Below, piece after piece: positions 50,650-58,964 of a stretch of 64,000 nt of DNA (the first letter of the stretch is position 1; each line of letters opens with the position of its first letter). The notes beneath the pieces were generated by a model. The model was not told the DNA's origin. It ran no database searches and worked only from the letters and a program-made list of their open reading frames with translations. Source of the DNA: Alkalispirochaeta sp. (GTDB taxonomy: Bacteria > Spirochaetota > Spirochaetia > DSM-27196 > Alkalispirochaetaceae); assembly GCA_965601925.1 (NCBI GenBank), contig OZ271854.1, positions 1,280,001-1,344,000 of the forward strand. Reading direction: 5' to 3'. The translations under genes and the position numbers were made by a program.

Positions 50650-53126
50650 CGTGGTCTGAACTCCCAGTGCAAGTGCGGTCCCGTCGAGTTTCCGGTATTC
50701 CCCACGTTCCCAAACTGGTATCCCGGCGGGAGGGTGAATCGGTAGATGTCCGTCGCCCGCGCCGCTTGAAGCAGATCGTTGAGTTGGTTCGAGGCACGCG
50801 TATTAGGCTGCAAATGCCCATAGATCATATCGAAGTCGGGCGTCCTGGTTCGCAGATTCAACCCATACCCGGCACTCGGATCATTTGGGTTATCCCACCC
50901 AAGCGGATTCATGCCCACTATCACCGTCTCCTCCTGTGTCGTAAACAACGGATGGTTCTGTCCAAAGGTCCTGAGATCTATTGCCTCACCACCGCCCCAG
51001 CCATGCTCACGGCCATCCTCGTAAAGGGAGAATGTCGAAATGTCATCTCTTCCTTGAATCGGATCGATCACTCGCCCATCGCCGATTAACTCATACATCG
51101 GGTTGTTGTTGTCCAGGCTCCACTCGTCCCGGATTCGACCGAACGCCTGTGCAACGTCGTCTTGCGAGTACTGTTCGTTTCGCTCTGCGTCCAGCAACCC
51201 CGGTGCTCCGAACGACCCGTACCGCTGTCCATACAACGCCGCGTCGTACTCCTGGGCAAATCCCTCCATCGAGTTCGCCGCCTCGTACTGCGCCGCAATC
51301 TCCGGTGTCATCGTACCGTTCCGCAGCGCCGTCATGAAGTCAGTCTCGGCGCTCTCTTGCGCCGCATTCACCGCAGCTACCATGCTCCCACCGAACGCAC
51401 CTACGTTGTCGATGTAGTCCCGCTGCATGAAGTATCGCGCCTTGAAGGCTGCTCCCGGATCAAGGGTATGATCTGCGTCGTTCTTCACGTCCGTCGCCCC
51501 TCCGTTGGTCGTGAACGTCCCGTTCTCATACGTCCACCCGGCGTCGATCATCATCTGGTTCGCCTCGGCCTCCGTGATTCCCAAATGCTCGGCAAGCGAC
51601 GCCGCATAGCCACCCTCTCCCTCAAACTCTCGAAGGAGTTCGTCATTCTCGTCGTATACGCCTTTCCGGCCGTCAAAGATCAACTCGCCTTGTGCGGTGA
51701 GTTTCCAATAATCCGCACTCGAATCATACGCCGTGGCCGCATACGCCGCAAAGTCCCCCTGGCCCGCCTGCGCCTTGAGGTACTGGTTGACGTCCTCGGC
51801 AAGGTTCGCGTCGTTCATGATGAAGTCCATCCCATACGTCTCCGCAGCACGCATCGCAAACTCCGTATGGCCCGTCACCGCGCTCACCGTCTCCGCGTTG
51901 TCCCCGTCCGCGATCCCGTCTCGGTAGCTCTCATGACTCAGCACACTCGCCGCCACCAGCTGCTCCTCCAAACTATCCCCGATCGCTCCCAGGTAGATGT
52001 CCTTCCCATTCCCTCCCGCAATCGTCTGCGCGCGTGCTCCTTCGCTCCCCGGTGCCCCGGTCAGGTGTAGCCGGTCCACTCCCTCCAGGATGTTCCCGTA
52101 AGTACTTCGCTCCCCGCGCTTCCCAAAGCTCCATGTGGCGCGTAACGTGTTCTCCGCCGCGGCGTTGTGCGTGTTCTCCTCGATGTATCGGTCGATCCGG
52201 GCCCGCTGGTGTAGGACGTTCGCTCCCATCATTCCGTTCGCCACCAGGTCGACCCCGATGTCGTAGCCGCCGCTTCCCACGTTGAACAGTGCGCCGTTAC
52301 CGCCCAGGTTCATCTCTAACGCACCCGCCGAGAGGGCGTTCCCCTTCTCATCTTCGATTCCCAGCATCCGGCCCACGTTCAATACGTTAATCGCCACCTC
52401 GCGATCCACCGCATAGTCGACCGCCGCGCCGACCGCATTCGCTCCCAAGCTCACCAGTGAGTTCACCGCACCCATGTGCTCCCGGGAGAATCCCGCCAAG
52501 TCGTCCATCTTCGCCAAACTCCCGAAACCGGACTGCGCCAACCCTTGCGCCGCGCCGCCGGCGTAGCCCGCTACCGCACTCTCGCCGAAGGTCGATCGGC
52601 GGAAGCCCCGTTCGTCAAAGTCCATGTCAAAGCTCGCGTCGATCGAGAATGAGTTGATCGCGCTGCTCATCGCCGTCGTCGCTACCGCCTGCGTCGTGCT
52701 CACCCCCACGTTCACCGCCGTCTGCGTGATCGCTCTGCTGCCGTCGACCGCCTTGCCGGCAAGCGTTCCCAACTGGTCGAATCCCTTCGCCATCCCGGCG
52801 CTCGCCAGGCTCACTGCCGTGCTCTTCGCAAAGCTCCCCAACGCGTCGTCCGCGTCCGCGTATCCCGTCGCGATGTCCGTCACCGTAAACGCCGCATTCG
52901 TCGCGATCGTTGCCGCCAACGATACGCCCGCTCCCGCTCCCAACGTCGCCACCGAGACCACCACTCCCGTTACCGTCACGATGTTCGGGGCGCCGAACAG
53001 TCCGTCCGGACTTCCGTCGTTGTCCGCGTCGTCGTCCCACATCCGCATCCGGTGAAACGGTACGTCCATCATCGCAAGGCCCCGTCCCAGCCGCGCTTCG
53101 TGTGTTATCGGGCGCGTCTCCCCCAA
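50643..53126 (-). CDS. Orphan toxin cassette B: core fragment, beta module and M23-like peptidase tip
   Basis: 52536-53101 matches main toxin 60813-61378, and 51738-53101 matches 55782-57145. Tip motifs H..AIDLR, YGHL, GNVGNTGNSTGPHLHWE. Confidence 0.82.
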   Translation of the reverse strand: MGETRPITHEARLGRGLAMMDVPFHRMRMWDDDADNDGSPDGLFGAPNIVTVTGVVVSVATLGAGAGVSLAATIATNAAFTVTDIATGYADADDALGSFAKSTAVSLASAGMAKGFDQLGTLAGKAVDGSRAITQTAVNVGVSTTQAVATTAMSSAINSFSIDASFDMDFDERGFRRSTFGESAVAGYAGGAAQGLAQSGFGSLAKMDDLAGFSREHMGAVNSLVSLGANAVGAAVDYAVDREVAINVLNVGRMLGIEDEKGNALSAGALEMNLGGNGALFNVGSGGYDIGVDLVANGMMGANVLHQRARIDRYIEENTHNAAAENTLRATWSFGKRGERSTYGNILEGVDRLHLTGAPGSEGARAQTIAGGNGKDIYLGAIGDSLEEQLVAASVLSHESYRDGIADGDNAETVSAVTGHTEFAMRAAETYGMDFIMNDANLAEDVNQYLKAQAGQGDFAAYAATAYDSSADYWKLTAQGELIFDGRKGVYDENDELLREFEGEGGYAASLAEHLGITEAEANQMMIDAGWTYENGTFTTNGGATDVKNDADHTLDPGAAFKARYFMQRDYIDNVGAFGGSMVAAVNAAQESAETDFMTALRNGTMTPEIAAQYEAANSMEGFAQEYDAALYGQRYGSFGAPGLLDAERNEQYSQDDVAQAFGRIRDEWSLDNNNPMYELIGDGRVIDPIQGRDDISTFSLYEDGREHGWGGGEAIDLRTFGQNHPLFTTQEETVIVGMNPLGWDNPNDPSAGYGLNLRTRTPDFDMIYGHLQPNTRASNQLNDLLQAARATDIYRFTLPPGYQFGNVGNTGNSTGPHLHWEFRPRW

Positions 53127-53370
53127 GTTTCAGCCAGGGGACCGGCCGACGGTGTCGATCACTCAGCAGGAGGAACCTGAAGTCGCGCTCGCCACCGCCG
53201 TCCGTTCCCCTGCGGGTTCCAGCAGAGATGTTTCGTCCTCAGGTGATATGTGGGGGAGACCGGGCTCTCCGGGGCTCCGCGGCTGAATCGGCGGGCTACA
53301 CGGTACGCCCGCCTGCCGCTCCGGTCTCACGAAGTGAGACCCACTTCGCGGCCCCTTCGATCCCTCGCGC
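53102..53370 (-). repeat. Cassette leader element, copy B (core plus type-1 extension)
   Basis: Outer IR GTCTCCCCCA (53116) / TGGGGGAGAC (53251) and inner hairpin 53137-53210. The extension is near-identical to 57796-57905. Confidence 0.92.
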
Positions 53371-53559
53371 TTGTTAACGGATGTATTGTCTACGGAAGCA
53401 GCAGGTTGCCGCAGGAGCGTTGTAACACAGGCAATAGCGGATTGGTGGAACAACGCCATGTTTAGTATCACGGCGAGGCGAGACTGTGTCGAGAAAGCAC
53501 CTTGGTGCATTCCCGTTTCTACCAATCACCTGGTTATTGTTGTCATTTCGCCTTAGATA

Positions 53560-54600
53560 CTACGGTCTCTCCTCAGGGGCCAATGCTTGATACTGCACCG
53601 GTCCTGTCGACAAAACCGAACCATCCACAATCCGGCGCTCCAACTCAAACACTTCGCCAATCTCGTATCCCTCACCGAATCCCTCGCTATCCATAGCATA
53701 CACGACTGTGTCGTAATGCTCAGTTGGATCCTCGTCAACAAAGCCGTAGATATAGATGATTGATTGTCTATTTGGCATTCGAAGTACGTTTCGCGTACTC
53801 CAGGTCGCCGTGTTTTCATTGAGAAATAGGAATTGTCCCCCGGGACTTACTTGAAGGATTGTAGGATTGAGATGAAGATGCCCACTGTATACCTGAATGC
53901 TGGGCAGGACATGGGCCGTCGAACCATCCGGTCTATACAGTCGTAGATCGGACGGATCGGTTGGGTCTGTTCCATCCGACGCTCCTATTCCCACAATGTA
54001 CTCACCCCATTGTTCCCAGTCGTAGAAGCTCTCGTTCCTAACGTTCCGTCCCCGGTAAAAGTCGTTTATTGCGATCCGCGCTAACGTTTCGGAATAAGGC
54101 CTAGGCGTTCTTGGTGTTATAGCCGCACGTTGTTCCCGAACTATAATCGGTGTAGTCGGATAAACCGCACCGCTCTCAATCGAATAGACAAACCGCTCAT
54201 ACTCACGTCGAACGCCTGTGGGTGCGGAAGCGTCGATCTCGAATACTACCATAGGAGAGAAAAACATCGACTTGTTATCCCTAGACGGAGTGAGAGAAAC
54301 ACCGAATACTTCGTCGTATGACGCTACTCGTACGACGGTCCCGGCAATGAGGTCCGCCACGAATATGTCGATATTCTGAAGATCTGCTCCCCGTCGTTCC
54401 TCCACGACTTCTCGTATCGGTATGACCAGACGATGATCGTCCAGCCACAGATAGCGAGGTCTTATCTCAGACGCTCCGACAACACTATCAGATACATGCA
54501 CCGCATACTGTAATGCAAGGTACTTTTCGTCCGTAGGCTGCGCGTTTGCCGTTGGTGCGAGCGCCGCCATCAAGGCGACGATTATCCCTACGACTGCCAT
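53560..54600 (-). CDS. Putative exported immunity protein for cassette A
   Basis: Overlaps the cassette A stop. Signal peptide MAVVGIIVALMAALAPTANA|Q. Exact start uncertain. Confidence 0.72.
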   Translation of the reverse strand: MAVVGIIVALMAALAPTANAQPTDEKYLALQYAVHVSDSVVGASEIRPRYLWLDDHRLVIPIREVVEERRGADLQNIDIFVADLIAGTVVRVASYDEVFGVSLTPSRDNKSMFFSPMVVFEIDASAPTGVRREYERFVYSIESGAVYPTTPIIVREQRAAITPRTPRPYSETLARIAINDFYRGRNVRNESFYDWEQWGEYIVGIGASDGTDPTDPSDLRLYRPDGSTAHVLPSIQVYSGHLHLNPTILQVSPGGQFLFLNENTATWSTRNVLRMPNRQSIIYIYGFVDEDPTEHYDTVVYAMDSEGFGEGYEIGEVFELERRIVDGSVLSTGPVQYQALAPEERP

Positions 54601-57600
54601 AGGTTGTGTATATTTCTCATAATCAACTCCATTGCCCAGTCGCTCGCCTCGGGCGTGACGAACTGATCGTCCATCCACGGTATGAGTGAGTGTATATCAT
54701 TTCCGTTCTGTCGGTAGAGATCGATAATCGTATTCGGCATCATCCTGTTAGTCTCATGTCCCCCAAAGATCTTGGACCATGATGTCTCCGGATGCGTACT
54801 AAGAGTAGGATATGTAATGGTAGGGTCTTGCGTTGCCCAAGTGTTCTCGATTGGATCAACTAAAACGTTCGTGATGAAGTCCAAATGTGGTCCGGTAGAC
54901 TCGGCTCCGGTGTTGCCGATACTGCCGATTCTCATTCCCGCCGGCACGCCACTCAATCCTCGCCCCGTTGCGGTTACCCCCCTCGTGCCGAAGACTCCTA
55001 AGTAGTCCATGATGGTGTTCCCGTGGAGGTGGGAATACTGCCCTTGCACTGTCGCGCCAGTCGATATCGTTTGTAAGCCAAAGATCGGATCATCTTGCAA
55101 CTCGACGTGACTCTCTTCCCGCGACCGCACTCCCACTTCACCCCCGGTATACCGGCTGCCGTCCTCTCGATACACCGCAAAGTCTGCGCCCTCGTGATAG
55201 CGATTTGTTGGCTCACCGTGCCGATTCAACCGGAACCGGTGTCCTTGCGGCGAAGTCAACAGCGTATGGTCCCCCTCGCCAGGATAGATGATCGGGTCGC
55301 TCGGATCAAATGGCCCGACATTCGCGTCGTTCTGTATCAGCAAACCGCTACTCTGTGCCGCCACCAACGCCTGGTCCAATGTCGATATCCCTGCGTCCGT
55401 GACGCCGTTCCGCATCAAGTTATCGGCTATCCGCGACACATCCGCGAACTTCTCAGTCCCAGACCGGAATCGTAATAATGTATCCGCGTGCCGACTTGTG
55501 TCCGGTCCCATTCGAAACACACCTGGCTCCGTTGCTGGCGCGTCGGTCACCGCGTCCGCCACCAGATCTATGATCGTCTCGTCCATGTCCTCGTGACGCA
55601 CCCGCCCGTCTTCGGTCAGACCGCTCCCATTTCGACGCAATGCTTCTTCTACCGCCGCTCGCTTGTCCGGCGAAAGCGCACTCAGGTCAAAATCCAGATT
55701 TCCATCTTCCTGCCAGCCCCATTCACCATTCTCATCCTGCACCAACGCCCAGAAGTCCTGGTCCGATCGGTACGCCTGCGTCGCATACGCCGCAAAGTCC
55801 CCCTGGCCCGCCTGCGCCTTGAGGTACTGGTTGACGTCCTCGGCAAGGTTCGCGTCGTTCATGATGAAGCCCATCCCATACGTCTCCGCCGCACGCATCG
55901 CAAACTCCGTATGGCCCGTCACCGCGCTCACCGTCTCCGCGTTGTCCCCGTCCGCGATCCCGTCTCGGTAGCTCTCATGACTCAGTACACTCGCCGCCAC
56001 CAGCTGCTCCTCTAAACTATCCCCGATCGCTCCCAGGTAGATGTCCTTCCCATTCCCTCCCGCAATCGTCTGCGCGCGTGCTCCTTCGCTCCCCGGTGCG
56101 CCGGTCAGGTGCAGCCGGTCCACTCCCTCCAGGATGTTCCCGTAGGTGCTCCGCTCCTCGCGCTTCCCAAAGCTCCACGTGGCGCGCAACGTGTTCTCCG
56201 CCGCAGCGTTGTGCGCGTTCTCCTCGATGTATCGGTCGATCCGGGCCCGCTGGTGTAGGACGTTCGCTCCCATCATCCCGTTCGCCACCAGGTCGACCCC
56301 GATGTCGTAGCCGCCGCTTCCCACGTTGAACAGCGCACCGTCACCACCCAGGTTCATCTCTAACGCACCCGCCGAGAGGGCGTTCCCCTTCTCGTCTTCG
56401 ATCCCCAGCATCCGGCCCACGTTCAGCACGTTAATCGCCACCTCACGGTCCACCGCGTAGTCGACCGCCGCGCCGACCGCATTCGCTCCCAAGCTCACCA
56501 GTGAGTTCACCGCACCCATGTGCTCCCGGGAGAATCCCGCCAAGTCGTCCATCTTCGCCAAACTCCCGAAACCGGACTGCGCCAACCCTTGCGCCGCACC
56601 GCCGGCGTAGCCCGCTACCGCACTCTCGCCGAAGGTCGATCGGCGGAAGCCCCGTTCGTCAAAGTCCATGTCGAAGCTCGCGTCGATCGAGAATGAGTTG
56701 ATCGCGCTGCTCATCGCCGTCGTCGCTACCGCTTGCGTCGTGCTCATCCCCACGTTCACCGCCGTCTGCGTGATCGCTCTGCTGCCGTCGACCGCCTTGC
56801 CGGCAAGCGTTCCCAACTGGTCGAATCCCTTCGCCATCCCGGCGCTCGCCAAGCTCACCGCCGTGCTCTTCGCAAAGCTCCCCAACGCGTCGTCCGCGTC
56901 CGCGTATCCCGTCGCGATGTCCGTCACCGTAAACGCCGCATTCGTCGCGATCGTTGCCGCCAACGATACGCCCGCTCCCGCTCCCAATGTCGCTACCGAG
57001 ACCACTACTCCCGTTACCGTCACGATGTTCGGGGCACCGAACAGTCCGTCCGGACTTCCGTCGTTGTCCGCGTCGTCGTCCCACATCCGCATCCGGTGAA
57101 ATGGTACGTCCATCATCGCAAGGCCCCGTCCCAGCCGCGCTTCGTTCCGATAGAAGTCTTCCATGATCCGGCCCATCTCGCCGTAGCCCGCTTCCTGCAC
57201 TCGCTCCGGGTCGTCGCTCTTCATCACCGGTGCGTAGCCGACGTGGAAGTTGAATAGTCCCTCCGTGTCGTGGTGCAGGTACTCCTCCTCGCCGCTCTCT
57301 TCATTCTCCCGCGTTCGGTCGTAGCCCGCAGCGTGCGTCCAGCTCGCCTCGACCGCCGCAAAGCGCTCTTTGAGCTCGCCGTTCAGCTCTTCGACGCTGG
57401 TCGCCGCGGTCCCGTCGTCCTTCTGGTCGTCGCTCCGTCCAAAGATCAGGATCTGATATCGCTCCATCTCTTCGTACGCCGCCGCGATCATCGTCTGGAT
57501 GCCTCGGCTCGACAGGCCGTCCAACGACTCCTCCGAGAGGTCCACCTGGGGTGCAAAGACCGGCGCCGTAAAGTCATCATACGTTCCCGCCGTCTGCGTC

Positions 57601-57631
57601 TCCCGTTCGATTCCTCCCATCAGCGTCTCGT
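54588..57631 (-). CDS. Orphan toxin cassette A: long core fragment, beta module and M23-like tip
   Basis: 56580-57631 matches main toxin 60813-61864. Tip motifs HEGAD, YSHL, GNTGAESTGPHLDF. The frame stays open into the leader element (to 57728), but there is no evident native start. Confidence 0.82.
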
Positions 57632-57905
57632 GGGACTTCGGGCGCGTCTCCCGCTCGTTCAACCAACGGAACGACCGGCGGTGTCGATCACTCAGCAGGC
57701 CCTTCGGGCCAGAAGTCGCGCTCGCCACCGCCGTCCGTTCCAGGCAGGATGAAGCAGGGGGTGTTTCGTCCTTATGATAGGTTGGTGGGGGAGACCGGGC
57801 TCTCCGGGGCTCCGCGGCTGAATCGGCGGGCTACACGGTGCGCCCGCCTGCCGCTCCGGTCTCACGAAGTGAGACCCACTTCGCGGCCCCTTCGATCCCT
57901 CGCGC
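57632..57905 (-). repeat. Cassette leader element, copy A (core plus type-1 extension)
   Basis: Core hairpin GGAACG...CGTTCC with the invariant motifs. The extension contains GGTCTCAC-gaa-GTGAGACC and GGCGGGC..GCCCGCC hairpins. Confidence 0.92.
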
Positions 57906-57925
57906 ATAAGCGTGTAATGCGTTTC

Positions 57926-58256
57926 TTATGTGAGCCGTGCCATCGTGGCTACACGCCAAACCGAGAGGCGATGGTAGCCCGACCAGTGCTTTCGGGTCTT
58001 CATCATCATTACGAGCAACTTGCGACGTGAGGCTTCGTCTGTTTTTCGCGGCTTCTCATGACCGCTCGGAGGTAGTGGTGTGTCGTGCAGGTCGACGAAC
58101 TCGTGGAGCATTGCACGAGGCCGCCTCATTTGACATACCACAATGCCCGCGGAACGTTTCGTCGGCTTTCATTTCCACAAACTGCTCGCTCATCCCAGTC
58201 GTTCCACCTCGGTGCTCGTCGTTTTATCACTCAGATGAGGTTTTGGACCCCCACGC
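57926..58256 (+). mobile_element. Decayed IS remnant (integrase-core transposase C-terminus and right-end-like motif)
   Basis: The + frame ends ARPVLSGLHHHYEQLAT*, resembling the LGGLHHxY tail of rve-type transposases. GATGAGGTTTTGGACCCCCAC at 58234 resembles the ends of such elements (from recall, unverified). Confidence 0.5.
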
Positions 58257-58531
58257 CCTTACTTTCCAGGTTGCATTACCAATACGAGCGCGCAGCGCAC
58301 GTAGCATCTCCTCCATATGTTTCACGAGTGCGCCGCTACAATGGTACCGGATTGGTAATCGATAGGTGGAATATGGCGGTGGAGCGCTTCGGATCGACGA
58401 GACTCTATACCCCCGAGGTCACCTCGTAAGGCTTTCGTCTCCACCGACCGCTTACTTATCGCGGCTTCTTTATAGGCTCATCGTCCGAATGTGGTTCGGA
58501 CCCCAATGCCACGTGAGTCTTTGACCCCACG

Positions 58532-58951
58532 CTATTTTTGACCGTCTTCTGGAATACGTATACCGTACTCTTCCAGCCTTAGAATATCTTCTCTTGTTGC
58601 TTCTCGATACGTGTTACCAGGGAACTCGCCAGGCCCACTTATCTGTGTAATCTCGATTTCTCCATCATTCATGGATTGCTGAATTGAGTTCAATCCCCCC
58701 GTAGGACTTACATGGTAAATCACACCAGAGTCTGATGTAGCACCGATAGCCACTGAATAGCTATCCCATTCGAGGTCTACGAGCACTACAAACCAGTAGT
58801 TATCAAACTGCCTCAAAATAAGAAACTGTGGAATGAAACTCCCAACATTCCTAGTAGATAGCGTCCAGACACCACCCAAATCATCATTCTGGGCGCTAAG
58901 AGTCGCAACAAATGCAAAAGAGACTATTAGTACAATGATTACTTTCTTCAT
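58532..58951 (-). CDS. Putative exported immunity protein for the main toxin
   Basis: Starts 14 bp after the toxin stop, with a GAGAGGA RBS. Signal peptide MKKVIIVLIVSFAFVATLSA|Q. AT-rich. Confidence 0.8.
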   Translation of the reverse strand: MKKVIIVLIVSFAFVATLSAQNDDLGGVWTLSTRNVGSFIPQFLILRQFDNYWFVVLVDLEWDSYSVAIGATSDSGVIYHVSPTGGLNSIQQSMNDGEIEITQISGPGEFPGNTYREATREDILRLEEYGIRIPEDGQK

Positions 58952-58964
58952 CTTTATCCTCTCA

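Noticed and set aside
53101..53112. Guide-like complementarity between the variable 3' tail of leader B (CCGATA) and its target site
   Set aside because: The match is lost in copy E, which has the same junction, and is not seen for A or D. Likely chance.
53230..53243. Hammerhead-like CUGAGGA-CGAAAC on the minus strand of the leader
   Set aside because: There is no room for stem II, and the motif is altered in copies A and C and not recognisable in D.
44189..57905. Leader element as a group II intron, integron attC site or CRISPR repeat
   Set aside because: No AGC-triad domain V/VI, no conserved RYYYAAC/GTTRRRY ends, no short regular spacers, and no RT, intI or cas gene in the window.
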